The notes beneath the pieces are model-generated. The model was not told where the DNA came from. It made no database searches and was given only the letters and a program-made list of their open reading frames with translations. 64,000 nucleotides of DNA from assembly GCA_964483625.1 (NCBI GenBank), contig CAZABB010000004.1, positions 6,337 through 70,336 on the forward strand. Direction: 5' to 3'. Source of the DNA: an uncultured Planctomycetia bacterium. GTDB taxonomy: Bacteria; Omnitrophota; Gorgyraeia; Duberdicusellales; 4484-171. A program made the position numbers and the translations under genes. This document shows, in pieces, positions 46,838 to 56,944 of the stretch (position 1 is the first letter of the stretch; each line of letters begins with the position of its first letter).

Positions 46838-48429
46838 CACATCTTCTCCAACGCCTCGATACCCAGAAGTTTCAGCCCGCACGATAAGGTAATACGGGTC
46901 GCAGCCAGAAGACTCAATCGTGCGGCACGGACACCGGGGTCGTCCTCGAGCACTTTCCTTTCCTCGTAGAATTTATGGAACGTGGTCGCGAGATTTTTAA
47001 GGAATTCGATCAAGAATACCGGCTCCCAGGTGTAATACACCTTATCCAGGCAATGGATAAACTGAAACAGTTTTCTCGCCAGAAGCAATTCGCGGTCATC
47101 TTTCAATCCCGCGCATGCGGCCGGATCGATCTCCTGTCGGGAAACTTTCTCGAAGACACTCGCGATACGGGCGTGAGCATACTGGATATAGTAAAGCGGA
47201 TTATCGAACGACATCTGCGTCGCCAGATCGATATCGAAATCGAGCGGCGATGAATTACGCCGGCTCACATAATAAAACCGGGCGGCATCTTTTCCCACCT
47301 CCTCGATCAAATCCGAAAGCAGAATCGCCGTACCCCGCCGGCGCGACATCCGTTCTTTACTCTTAATCGTCACCAGCTGAATGATCAGTACATGCAAAAG
47401 GTCTCGCGGTGCGCCGAAAGCCTCGACGACCGCGGCAACACGCGGGATATACCCGTGATGATCCGGCCCCCATAAATTAAGCAGAACATCGAACCCCCGT
47501 TTTATCTTATCGCAATGGTAAGCGATATCGGAAGAAAAATACGTCAGTTCTCCGTTTTGTTTCTGGAGCACCCGATCTTTATCGTCGCCGAACTCAGTGG
47601 ACTTAAACCAGAACGCCCCGCCTTGGCTGTAGGCAAGTTTCTTCTGCTTTAAAAATTCAAGCGCGTCCGATACGTTCCCCTCATCGATCAATCTGCTTTG
47701 AGAAACCCAGCTGGAAAATTCAATCCCCAATTTCTTCAGATCGCCCCGGATCATCTCCAACAAAGATGTTAATATTTCTTCCCGTAAACGATCATCGCCG
47801 GTATCTTTCAACCTGGCCGCGACGTCTTTAACGTATTCACCCAGGTATCCTCCTTCGGGGATAGAACAGGGCTCACCGTTCAATTCTTTCCGGCGCTCTT
47901 TGACCGACTCGACCAGAAGATCGATCTGCCGGCCGGCGTCGTTAATGTAATATTCCCGTACCACCTCGTCCCCGCAGAACCGGAGCACATTGGCAATAAC
48001 ATCCCCCGCCACCGCCTGTCGGCCGTGAGCGATCGAAAGCGGGCCGGTAGGATTGGCGCTGACAAACTCGATCAGTACCCGGCGTTTTCGGGTATCGCAA
48101 TAGTATGTCTCTCCTTCACCCAGCAACTGCCCCAGTGATGCGACCAGTTCTTCTTGAGATAAAAACAGATTCACGAACCCCGGCTTGACGACTTCTATTT
48201 TCTCCAGGCTTTTCAGTTTCGCACCCAGCAGTTCTTTGATCGTTTCAGCGATCGCAAGCGGGTTTTGTTTCAGTTGCGAAGCGAGTTTCAGAGCGATCAT
48301 TGTCGAGAAATCGCCGTAATCCGGGCGCTGCGGGATCTCCCAAAGAGGACCTGAGATCTCACTCTGCGGATAATACTCCTGCAGGATATCCGTAAGTATT
48401 TCAGAAATTTGTTGATACAAATGCTTCAT
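46837..48429 (-). CDS. argS: Arginyl-tRNA synthetase
   Basis: EFVSANPTGPL, YYINDAGRQ, GDDKDRV, GPDHHGY, NPLYYIQYAHAR. Confidence 0.97.
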   Translation of the reverse strand: MKHLYQQISEILTDILQEYYPQSEISGPLWEIPQRPDYGDFSTMIALKLASQLKQNPLAIAETIKELLGAKLKSLEKIEVVKPGFVNLFLSQEELVASLGQLLGEGETYYCDTRKRRVLIEFVSANPTGPLSIAHGRQAVAGDVIANVLRFCGDEVVREYYINDAGRQIDLLVESVKERRKELNGEPCSIPEGGYLGEYVKDVAARLKDTGDDRLREEILTSLLEMIRGDLKKLGIEFSSWVSQSRLIDEGNVSDALEFLKQKKLAYSQGGAFWFKSTEFGDDKDRVLQKQNGELTYFSSDIAYHCDKIKRGFDVLLNLWGPDHHGYIPRVAAVVEAFGAPRDLLHVLIIQLVTIKSKERMSRRRGTAILLSDLIEEVGKDAARFYYVSRRNSSPLDFDIDLATQMSFDNPLYYIQYAHARIASVFEKVSRQEIDPAACAGLKDDRELLLARKLFQFIHCLDKVYYTWEPVFLIEFLKNLATTFHKFYEERKVLEDDPGVRAARLSLLAATRITLSCGLKLLGIEALEKM

Positions 48430-48444
48430 ATTGTCGTTTCGTTA

Positions 48445-49518
48445 TTAAGCGATTCCTGCGGCTCGCATAACGGCAGAAAGACTGGCGTTTACAATTTTCG
48501 GAGGTTTGATCTTCTGTATCGCAATCTGAGGATCTTTCAGGCCATGTCCGGTCAACGTACAGACAATATTCACCTGACGCCGGCGGCTCCATTTTTTGAA
48601 ATACCCCTTCTTGTTCATACTGAATATCCCGGCAACCGAGGCGGCCGAGGCCGGTTCGCAAAATACGCCTTCTTTTTGAGCCAGAAATCTATATGCCGCG
48701 AGGATTTCGGCATCGGAAACCATATCAATAGTTCCTTTAGATTCTTCCTGAGCGGACACCGCCATCTTCCAGCTTGCCGGATTTCCGATACGGATCGCCG
48801 TCGCGATCGTCCGGGGCTTTTTTACCGGCCGGCCCTTAACGATCGGCGCCGAACCTTTCGCCTGAAACCCCATCATGACGGGAAGTTTCTTTATTTTTCT
48901 ATACGCGTAATACTCTTTATACCCTTTCCAGTACGCGGTTATGTTTCCCGCGTTCCCGACGGGAAGAAAATGCAGATCGGGCGCGGCACCCAGCACATCA
49001 CAGACCTCAAACGCCCCGGTCTTCTGTCCTTCGATCCGGTGGGGATTGATCGAATTCACCAGCCTCACCGGATAATGGTCCGAAAGATTCCGTACGATGT
49101 TCAGCGCGTCATCGAAGTTTCCCTTTACCGCGACAACCTTCGCGTTGTGCATCAGCGCCTGGGCAAGTTTCCCGAGCGCGATCTTCCCTTCCGGAATCAC
49201 CACAATACATTTCATTCCCGCGCGCGCCGCGTAGGCCGCCGCCGATGCCGACGTATTCCCGGTCGAAGCGCAGATAACCGCGCATTGCTTTTCTTCGACC
49301 GCCTTGGAAACCGCCATCGTCATCCCCCGGTCCTTGAATGAACCGGTAGGATTAAGCCCTTCGTATTTAAGATACACGTTAAACTGTTTCCCCAGCTCAC
49401 CGGCGACAGAGCAGGCCGGAATCAGAGGCGTACCTCCTTCCAGAAGGGTAATGAGCGGGGTACGGGAGGTCACCGGTAAATACCGGCGATAACGGGCGAT
49501 AACTCCTTGGTATCTCAT
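48445..49518 (-). CDS. thrC: Threonine synthase
   Basis: [36 protein letters not shown]. Confidence 0.96.
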   Translation of the reverse strand: MRYQGVIARYRRYLPVTSRTPLITLLEGGTPLIPACSVAGELGKQFNVYLKYEGLNPTGSFKDRGMTMAVSKAVEEKQCAVICASTGNTSASAAAYAARAGMKCIVVIPEGKIALGKLAQALMHNAKVVAVKGNFDDALNIVRNLSDHYPVRLVNSINPHRIEGQKTGAFEVCDVLGAAPDLHFLPVGNAGNITAYWKGYKEYYAYRKIKKLPVMMGFQAKGSAPIVKGRPVKKPRTIATAIRIGNPASWKMAVSAQEESKGTIDMVSDAEILAAYRFLAQKEGVFCEPASAASVAGIFSMNKKGYFKKWSRRRQVNIVCTLTGHGLKDPQIAIQKIKPPKIVNASLSAVMRAAGIA

Positions 49519-50783
49519 ATATCCTCAATCCGTATACACTGAGAAGTTTTTTTCACTTCTTTCAATCTGTCGATTTCTTTCAATGCCTTCTTGAGATTCG
49601 CTTCCTGAGATTCGTGGGTAATCATCACGATCGGGACGAATCCCCTTTCAGCCCGTTCTTTCTGGTGAACCGAAGCGATACTTATCTTATGTAACGAAAG
49701 GATCCGGGTAATCTTAGCCAGTACGCCCGGCATATCGCGAACCATACAACGCAGGTAATAGCGGGTCTCCAGATCATTGATGCTTTTCAGCGTACAATCC
49801 CATTCGTCCCGGGCGAACACGCCGCGGTTGACACATACACTGACAATGTCGGAGATGATCGCCGAAGATGTAGGCACCCCGCCGGCTCCTTCCCCGTAGA
49901 AAAGCAGTTCGCCCGCCGGATGGGTATCCAACCACACGCCGTTGACGGCACAGACTACTTCCGATAAAGGGTGGTCTTCGCGGATAAGCGTGGGGTGCAC
50001 CCGTAAAGATAATGTATTTTTTTCTTTATGAGCGATAGCGAGTAATTTTATGCGATAAGAAAGCTCATAGGCGTAAAGGATATCCAGCGGATTGATCTTA
50101 GTGATTCCTTCCACGAATATCTTACTGACATTGGGCCATACCCCGAAGGAAAGATAGCTCAGGATACAGAGCTTATACAGCGTATCTTTTCCCTCCAGGT
50201 CCAGTTGAGGATGATTTTCGGCGAATCCGGCCTCCTGGGCGTCACGTAACGCCTCTTGAAAACTCATCTGGTCCTGGTGCATCTTATAGAGAATATAATT
50301 TGTCGTGCCGTTTAAAATGCCATAAAGACTTTTTATATTACAGCCAATAAGGCCTTCGGAGACGCTTTTGATCAGAGGGATAGCCCCGCACACCGAAGCT
50401 TCAAACCCGATATTCCGGCCGTTCCTGTGCGCCGACTGAAATATTTCCTTGCCGTGGGTGGCAAGTAACGCTTTATTAGCGGTCACGACATGCTTACCGT
50501 GGGCAAACGCAGCCAGGATTATTTCTTTTGCCGGCCGGATCCCGCCGATAAGTTCAATAACGACATCGATCGCCGGATCATTCACAATGTCGCGATAATC
50601 GGTCGTAAACCGAACGCGGTGGCCTTGAGCGAGCTTCTTTTTTTTGGGATCAAGGTCACAGACTTTGTGTACCTGAAGTTTAAGCGAGGTCCTCTTTTTG
50701 ATTAAGGATTGATAGGTGATGAGTGAATCAAGCGTTGCCTGACCGACAACACCCAATCCGATGATTCCAATTTTTTTTACCAT
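49515..50783 (-). CDS. hom: Homoserine dehydrogenase with ACT domain
   Basis: [40 protein letters not shown]. Confidence 0.96.
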   Translation of the reverse strand: MVKKIGIIGLGVVGQATLDSLITYQSLIKKRTSLKLQVHKVCDLDPKKKKLAQGHRVRFTTDYRDIVNDPAIDVVIELIGGIRPAKEIILAAFAHGKHVVTANKALLATHGKEIFQSAHRNGRNIGFEASVCGAIPLIKSVSEGLIGCNIKSLYGILNGTTNYILYKMHQDQMSFQEALRDAQEAGFAENHPQLDLEGKDTLYKLCILSYLSFGVWPNVSKIFVEGITKINPLDILYAYELSYRIKLLAIAHKEKNTLSLRVHPTLIREDHPLSEVVCAVNGVWLDTHPAGELLFYGEGAGGVPTSSAIISDIVSVCVNRGVFARDEWDCTLKSINDLETRYYLRCMVRDMPGVLAKITRILSLHKISIASVHQKERAERGFVPIVMITHESQEANLKKALKEIDRLKEVKKTSQCIRIEDI

Positions 50784-50795
50784 TTATTGTCCGGA

Positions 50796-51158
50796 TTATC
50801 TGTTGTCCAGTATTTGATTCACAAATTTCCCAATCTCCTGAAACAGAGACATATCCAGGTCGATAAACTGCACATGAGTCTCGTAAATGATGCTTTTGAC
50901 GACCTCTTTGCATCCGACTACTTTTCCGATCACCTCGATACGTTTGGTAACAAAGGGAAACCGGATCGTCATTGCCAGATACGTCCCTTTTTCGAAAAAC
51001 TGATTGGTCGTAAGAAGGATTCCTCCCTGACTCACGTTTTTACTTTGCGATAAGTCATAATCACTGGGAGGATCACTCATCCGGTAGCTGATAATGAAAT
51101 TCGCGCTCGCGCGGGGAAATTGCCTGCGGTCTTCTCCTTTAAAATCTTCGGCCATCAC
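50796..51158 (-). CDS. Single-domain PilZ (c-di-GMP receptor) protein
   Basis: RRQFPR (RxxxR) and NVSQGG (D/NxSxxG). Confidence 0.85.
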   Translation of the reverse strand: MMAEDFKGEDRRQFPRASANFIISYRMSDPPSDYDLSQSKNVSQGGILLTTNQFFEKGTYLAMTIRFPFVTKRIEVIGKVVGCKEVVKSIIYETHVQFIDLDMSLFQEIGKFVNQILDNR

Positions 51159-51514
51159 ATCCTCCTCGAATTTACTCTCCTCACCCTCTCAATCATGTTG
51201 CGCTGGAGTCATCAATTGTACGGAAAATATCCTTTTTCTCTCTAAAAAAGAGCCTATGTTAGATGGATTAAGTTTTATTATATATGGTTTCTCCGGGGGT
51301 GTAAAGGAGAAGTTCTAAAGATACTCTCCTCAAAGCAAAAGGCGTAACGAAGACATAAAAACAGGCATTTCCCCGCCGCTTTCTTTTTATTCGGCAAAAA
51401 GCTATTTATCGCTGCAAATAAAAGGCTTTTCCGCGATCCGAGGAGCTTAATGTCCCCTTGAAATCGTTCATTTTAAGTGTTATATTGAAGGGAAAAATTA
51501 TAAAGGAGTACTGT

Positions 51515-51751
51515 ATGGAAATTGGAACCACCCGCACCACACATAATACCGGGGCCCGGAGCGAGCAGATAAATCGCCAGAGCCGTATCCGGCGGGCCGA
51601 GGGAATCAAACGGCAGGAACGCCAACGTGATATTCAAAACGAAATCGAAAAGCAGCAGGCTAAGAAGAAGCAGGCCATCGAACTCACCTTTCTCCAGATA
51701 AGCCAGAGACAAGCCGAAAGGAGCGGTAATTCTATCGATGTGAAGATATAA
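51515..51751 (+). CDS. Small charged coiled-coil hypothetical protein
   Basis: AAGGAG RBS 6 nt before ATG; 78 aa ending GNSIDVKI. Confidence 0.6.
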   Translation: MEIGTTRTTHNTGARSEQINRQSRIRRAEGIKRQERQRDIQNEIEKQQAKKKQAIELTFLQISQRQAERSGNSIDVKI

Positions 51752-51925
51752 TTTCCCGCCCTCGGGAAAAAATCATCTGAAAAAGAAAGACTTTCCATTT
51801 CTCCGCCCATCTCTTCTCTACTTACCTGATGGAACTGAAAAATTCATTTTATATCTGCTTTATTCTTTTCCCACTTACGCACTGAAAACAGGGATGAACC
51901 TTCTGCAATGCGGGTTTGTTAAAAG

Positions 51926-51966
51926 ATTCCCCCCAATCACACCTCGTAGGTGTGATTGGGGGGAAT
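51926..51966. repeat. Perfect 19-bp-stem palindrome
   Basis: ATTCCCCCCAATCACACCT-CGT-AGGTGTGATTGGGGGGAAT. Confidence 0.85.
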
Positions 51967-52358
51967 ACAATGTGCTCCGATTCATCAAGGAAAGGGGAGG
52001 ATTCTCTTCGTCCCGATTCTTATCGGGACTCGAGGGCATCCAGAGTAAATAACCTGCATACAATGAGGTTCACTGCTCTCCTTCGGTTCGCATGGATGTA
52101 ATCGGCAATTTTCACAACATCTTTTCCCCTCTCACCTTAACTTTACATTTTGAGCGACGCTTCTTTTGTCAAGTTAATCGCGCCTTTAAATCAGAAGCTC
52201 TACGGGAGGGAGCTTACCCGACTCCTCCGGGGGAATTCGCAGCTCAGTCCCTGCGGGACTTCGCGCGGACCCCTTTAGAAGTACAGAACCTGAATGACTG
52301 AGGGGTACGAACCCCGGTCGCTGACGCTCCACGGGGGTCTGAGTCATCCCCTTCAATC

Positions 52359-52397
52359 AAAAAAATAAAATACCCTCACAAGGAGGGTATTTTATTT
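52359..52397 (-). terminator. Intrinsic terminator after tRNA-Pro
   Basis: AAATAAAATACCCTC-acaag-GAGGGTATTTTATTT hairpin with T-run on the minus strand. Confidence 0.8.
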
Positions 52398-52399
52398 CT

Positions 52400-52478
52400 T
52401 GGTCGGGAAGGGGGGATTCGAACCCCCGACCCCTTGAACCCCATTCAAGTGCGCTAATCCAGGCTGCGCCACTTCCCG
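52400..52478 (-). tRNA. tRNA-Pro(GGG), CCA encoded
   Basis: CGGGAAG acceptor, CTTGA-ATGGGGT-TCAAG anticodon arm, GGTTCGAATCC T-arm. Confidence 0.95.
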
Positions 52479-52650
52479 AAACAAACGACGCACGACGTTC
52501 GACGCTCGACGTTTTCGATATTTATACCAGAATTACTGGGGACTGTAAAGGATGGTTTTCCCCTTTGCACACTCCGGAAGAGTGCAAAGGGGAAAGGAAA
52601 GTCACACAAGCCCGCTCCTACTTTACAGTATTATTCCTATAAGTTAAAAC

Positions 52651-53481
52651 CTATTTTAGGTTATAGGTGGTTACTTTAATATATATTTTATCTAACTCCT
52701 CTTCGCTTACTCCCAATTTATTTGCAACTCTTGTTCTTATCTCTTCTTCAGGTATGTTAATATCTTCATATAATGCTTTGCCATAAATATCATAAATTTC
52801 AAATTCTCTTTCGGTTGGTCGTATCTCGCTATTTGCATTACCCACTTTGTCTTTTATGTTAAATACATATTCGTATGAGGATCGATTATTCGATGAAGCT
52901 ATCCTTGAAGTAACATCTCCCCAATTACCATAAGGACACCAATCCACCTTGCCCAAAGTATAAAAACTGTCAACATCTTCTTCTCTGTCATACACAAGAA
53001 CAGCAATCGCATCAATATCAGAATCCTTTTTAGTTTCATCTAATATTAACTGGATTATAGTTGATTTGAATTCAGCTTTTGATATATCAGAGGGAACAAC
53101 GACTTTATATCTTTTCCTGGTATTTTTAGGCAATCTCTCTATTTCGCTCCTACTGTAAGCGGATAAAGATTTGCCCATTGCTTTCATACTGAGATCTTCG
53201 ATTTTTATAATTTTATAATCTCTTACCAGTTCTTTATTGTAATCAGAAGTCGGTTGAGCTGTTGTAATAGGTGTTTGTTTATTGCTTTTGGTTTTAGTGG
53301 GAATTCGTGAAGTGTGTCTACTTACCCTTTTAGTTCTTCTTTTTTTGCTGGAGCCAAAAGGGAGGTACCCGCTTATCCCCAAAGACAAAAGATTAAATGC
53401 GACTATAACCAGCATTATAGCGGCAAATATCTTTATTGTTGTTAAAGCGCTATTGGGTTGTTTTTTCTCTTTCTGCTCCAT
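52651..53481 (-). CDS. Hypothetical membrane-anchored protein (AT-rich island)
   Basis: 276-aa ORF with N-terminal hydrophobic helix; no family recognised. Confidence 0.7.
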   Translation of the reverse strand: MEQKEKKQPNSALTTIKIFAAIMLVIVAFNLLSLGISGYLPFGSSKKRRTKRVSRHTSRIPTKTKSNKQTPITTAQPTSDYNKELVRDYKIIKIEDLSMKAMGKSLSAYSRSEIERLPKNTRKRYKVVVPSDISKAEFKSTIIQLILDETKKDSDIDAIAVLVYDREEDVDSFYTLGKVDWCPYGNWGDVTSRIASSNNRSSYEYVFNIKDKVGNANSEIRPTEREFEIYDIYGKALYEDINIPEEEIRTRVANKLGVSEEELDKIYIKVTTYNLK

Positions 53482-53487
53482 TCCGCT

Positions 53488-53649
53488 TTAAGGTTCTAAT
53501 AGCCCAGATAATAAACGCATAGATTATATGAGTAGAATAGCATAAGACAGCGAGTTATATGGAATATGATAACTCATAATAAATAATATCATAGATACTA
53601 CAAAGATTAACGCCTCTTTAACAATTATCTTTTTGATTTTTAGTTGCAT
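53488..53649 (-). pseudogene. Probable frameshifted small membrane protein
   Basis: MQLKIKKIIVKEALIFVVSMILFI... stops early; a hydrophobic continuation (IIYAFIIWAIRTLK) lies in another frame. Confidence 0.4.
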
Positions 53650-53777
53650 TGTATTCCCTTATTATTTGAGTGCTTTTTGTAATTGTAACTAATAAACAAA
53701 TTAATTTTCTCATTATAATCCCCTCCCGTCTTTGAGAGTCGCTCTGTAAATTTAAACTATTTCTAAGTCCACATGTT

Positions 53778-54554
53778 CTACAGTTTTTCTCTACCCAAAA
53801 CAATTCTTCCTTTATCATTATACTTCCACATAAACGTACCGTTATGTGGTTCAGTAACTTCTAAGGGGCTACCTAAAATAGCACGGATTTCTTCCTGCGT
53901 CATTCCTCGTTTCAATTTCTCCCAGTTAGTAACATTACCGACGCTGGGAGGGTACCAATATTTCACTCGATAATCACCCGTCAATTCAAAACTAGAATCA
54001 TCTATTGGCACCTGTTCATCTTCATTTAAGAAAACGATCAAATTTCCTGAACAATGCAAGATCGCAGCTGTGTAAGGAATAGTTTGGGGTGGATGATAAA
54101 TAGGCACATTTGTAGTGGAATATCCTGAATAAGAACCTGTTCCGTAAGCATATCCCCCTGAGCCATAGACGTTCGCAGATGTAACTCCAGAATGATAAGT
54201 AGTTACTGGCTGATAAGTAGTGTAACTTGGGATATATACAGCCGTATTATAAGCTTGGCTATCAGTTTTCATATTCACTATTGCATCTGCTCCTTTCTTT
54301 CTTGCTAATCCTTTTGCCTTATTCAAGACATCATTCCAGCTGGCACAATTATCTGTATTCCCCTGAACCTCAAAATTACCAATAATTTTATATGGCTTAC
54401 CTAAATCCGGTGTCCCCTCATAAATTGGCATTACATATTTTCTTGATTTAGGAGGAAATGTTTCACTTATATGGCTATAATAATTTGCCGTTGTACAAGC
54501 ACTCAGGAAGCAACAAAGCAGGAGAGAAACAACTATTAATTGTTTTTTATTCAT
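53778..54554 (-). CDS. Hypothetical lipoprotein with C-terminal SmpA/BamE-like segment
   Basis: LSAC lipobox; LKRGMTQEEIRAILGSP...W.Y motif near the C-terminus. Confidence 0.7.
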   Translation of the reverse strand: MNKKQLIVVSLLLCCFLSACTTANYYSHISETFPPKSRKYVMPIYEGTPDLGKPYKIIGNFEVQGNTDNCASWNDVLNKAKGLARKKGADAIVNMKTDSQAYNTAVYIPSYTTYQPVTTYHSGVTSANVYGSGGYAYGTGSYSGYSTTNVPIYHPPQTIPYTAAILHCSGNLIVFLNEDEQVPIDDSSFELTGDYRVKYWYPPSVGNVTNWEKLKRGMTQEEIRAILGSPLEVTEPHNGTFMWKYNDKGRIVLGREKL

Positions 54555-54948
54555 CTGTTGAACTTCTTTGCTCGCTGATAGCGATAACTTTTTTGTATAT
54601 CTTTTTACTTAATACCTGACTTAGATATAAGGATCCTATACCCACGATGATAGAAACACAGACGGCAATAATAAGTCCTGCTCTATTTATAGCAAAATCT
54701 TTGTATCGCATTGGCCAAAGAAGATTCACCATTTGGAAAACAAAAGACAATAGCAAAAGAACAAATCCCACTTTTACATCAGCTTGTTGCTGTGTTATAT
54801 TTTTCCCTAATTTCTCATGGCTATACCAATTTGCTTTTGACATCTCTACTATATCCTTTGCCGATGTAGTCAACGTTCCTTTTATTAAAAAGGAACTCGC
54901 AATTAAAGCAAGCATTAAAGCAGTAACTTGAATAAAAGTTCTAAACAT
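54547..54948 (-). CDS. Hypothetical 3-TM membrane protein
   Basis: Three hydrophobic segments; GAGG RBS before MFRTF. Confidence 0.65.
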   Translation of the reverse strand: MFRTFIQVTALMLALIASSFLIKGTLTTSAKDIVEMSKANWYSHEKLGKNITQQQADVKVGFVLLLLSFVFQMVNLLWPMRYKDFAINRAGLIIAVCVSIIVGIGSLYLSQVLSKKIYKKVIAISEQRSSTDE

Positions 54949-55143
54949 AATTGCCTCTTCAAAATAAAAAGCAACCCTCAATCTTGAGAGTTGCCCTGTA
55001 AATTTATCCTGTTTTTAATCTCATATGCCCTACACAATCCCCTCCCCTGGGCATAGGACATTATACTACGCTGGGTCTTGTTGCCAACCCTGAAAATCCA
55101 CCCTATTTGGACGTGTGACTATGTGACTTTGTGACGTGTGACC

Positions 55144-55362
55144 TTACTTGTAGCGGTAGGTGATGCGGCCGCGGGTGAGATCGTAGGGGGACAGCTCGAC
55201 ATCGACCCGGTCGCCGGGAATGATCTTGATAAAAAATTTACGCATCTTACCGCGCGGATAGGCAATGATCTGGTGCCCGTTATCCAGCTCGACACGGTAC
55301 ATGCTGTTGGGCAGGACCTCGACAACTTTGCCGTTAACTTTTACCGGTTCTTCTTTCGCCAT
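55144..55362 (-). CDS. infA: Translation initiation factor IF-1
   Basis: MAKEE..G.V.E.LPN..VELDNGH...GKMR...[19 protein letters not shown]. Confidence 0.98.
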   Translation of the reverse strand: MAKEEPVKVNGKVVEVLPNSMYRVELDNGHQIIAYPRGKMRKFFIKIIPGDRVDVELSPYDLTRGRITYRYK

Positions 55363-55445
55363 ATATTTTACCCTTTTTAGCTGTTTTTCGTTTCAACGCT
55401 CAAAGTCTATTCTATGCACTTTTAGCCAGATGTCAAATCTATCTT

Positions 55446-55982
55446 TTAAAACGACTGTAATGAGTGTCGCAGTTCATCCAGAATAACCTCAGGCAGAACA
55501 TCACGGTTGGCCCCGGTTACTTCAATGATCTCAATATCATCACGCTCCTTTACCGCGCGGATGAAATTATTGGCGTATCCCAAGGTGATCGTTCCGATGA
55601 CGATGTTTTCTGAATCGAGCGCCCACTGCGCCGCGGTGATAAATTTCGGAGAAAAACATTCCATCTTACCTATCTCATCAAGAATAATTACATATCCTTC
55701 CTTCAGCGTAATAGAGGAGATCGCAACCGTTTCGATATTCTCAATACTTACACCGAAGCGGCGGATACGATACTCGGATGGAATATCCTGATGGGCAAGG
55801 TAGGCACAAAGCCCATCGGTCGTTCTCATCATAAATCCACACCGTATGCCGCCTACCCTTTCCTCTTCGGTATAAAATCCGGTTACCGGGCAATTAATTC
55901 TCTGTAATATTTTTTTAATTACCGTGGTTCTCCCCGAAGAAGGCGCTCCGGTCAAAAAAATATTCTTCCTTTCTCTCTTCAC
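55446..55982 (-). CDS. THEP1-like nucleoside triphosphatase (NTPase_1)
   Basis: LTGAPSSGRTT (P-loop with K>R), GFYTEE, ILDEIGKME. Confidence 0.85.
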   Translation of the reverse strand: MKRERKNIFLTGAPSSGRTTVIKKILQRINCPVTGFYTEEERVGGIRCGFMMRTTDGLCAYLAHQDIPSEYRIRRFGVSIENIETVAISSITLKEGYVIILDEIGKMECFSPKFITAAQWALDSENIVIGTITLGYANNFIRAVKERDDIEIIEVTGANRDVLPEVILDELRHSLQSF

Positions 55983-56064
55983 AACAGTCTATTACGTGTG
56001 ACTATGTCTGCCGGCAGGTGATGTCCCCCCGCTGGGGAGGCTACGCACTGCCGTGTGACGTGTT

Positions 56065-56676
56065 TTATTCGCAGCTCATCTGATAGACACTCGCGATATG
56101 AGACGCAAGCTCTTTTTCTTTCAACAAAAGCATGGCGATCTCCTGCTTTACCGCGACCAGATCACTGCTTAATCGCAGGCAGGATCCGTCCATATGTTCC
56201 AGATACGCGGCGGCGGTAGGATTTTCCGGGTCAAGCATCAGAAGCTTGCCGAACTCATGTTTGGCATCATCGACGTTCCCTTCTTTATAGAGCTTCACCG
56301 CGTATTCACAGAGACTGCCGCGGGTGCCGAAGTAATCACAGGCATCGTCGGGGTAAGGACAGACATCTTCCATCATCTGAGTGAGGGTCATCTGCTGTTC
56401 CTTCAATATATCCAGGCGTTTACGCGCTTTTTCCAGTTCTTTTTCTTTCGGCGGTAAAGCGATAAACGCTTTGGCAACCGCGTTATCGGGATCTATCGAC
56501 AATAACTTGGTAAACTCATGGACCGCATCATCAACGAGACCCCGCTGATACTGGGCTTTACCGTATTCGCAAATCCTTTGACCAGCCAGCGGTGTATCTT
56601 TGGTATCCCCCATGGGAGGCGATAAAAAAATGAGGAATGATATTGCGATAAAAATAAATATTACTTTTGTATTCAT
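56065..56676 (-). CDS. Exported TPR-like repeat protein
   Basis: Signal peptide; two internal repeats CEY...Y..G.VDDA.HEF.KLL..DP.N..A. Confidence 0.75.
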   Translation of the reverse strand: MNTKVIFIFIAISFLIFLSPPMGDTKDTPLAGQRICEYGKAQYQRGLVDDAVHEFTKLLSIDPDNAVAKAFIALPPKEKELEKARKRLDILKEQQMTLTQMMEDVCPYPDDACDYFGTRGSLCEYAVKLYKEGNVDDAKHEFGKLLMLDPENPTAAAYLEHMDGSCLRLSSDLVAVKQEIAMLLLKEKELASHIASVYQMSCE

Positions 56677-56685
56677 CGCTCTCCT

Positions 56686-56846
56686 TTCAATGAGACCGTA
56701 ATCCCGAGGCAAATCGGGATTACATGGTCGAATTGACCCCGCCCTCTAAGCTAACTCATTAAGCGGAGTTCTAAAAATGTTTTCACCTACCCTCCCTCTT
56801 CTCTTTATCATCTGCGGCATAGAGGGCGGTGTGTAATTCAACTATG
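56686..56846. repeat. Structured REP/MITE-like element, copy 2
   Basis: TCAATGAGACC-hairpin-GGTCGAATTGACCCCGCCCTCTAAGCT...TGCGGCATAGAGGGCGG shared with 43440-43660. Confidence 0.75.
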
Positions 56847-56944
56847 AGCTTTTATTCGCCTATGCTTTAAAAACCCAAGTTTCATTACACATCTTATCAT
56901 AGAAAAAACATTTTTCCAATCGGCTGAGTTGACGAAAAAACACG

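Noticed and set aside
48409-49341. 310-aa plus-strand ORF
   Set aside because: Antisense shadow of thrC with no motifs.
52400-55050. Integrative element or prophage at tRNA-Pro
   Set aside because: No integrase, phage genes or duplicated tRNA-Pro end were seen; kept only as an AT-rich island.
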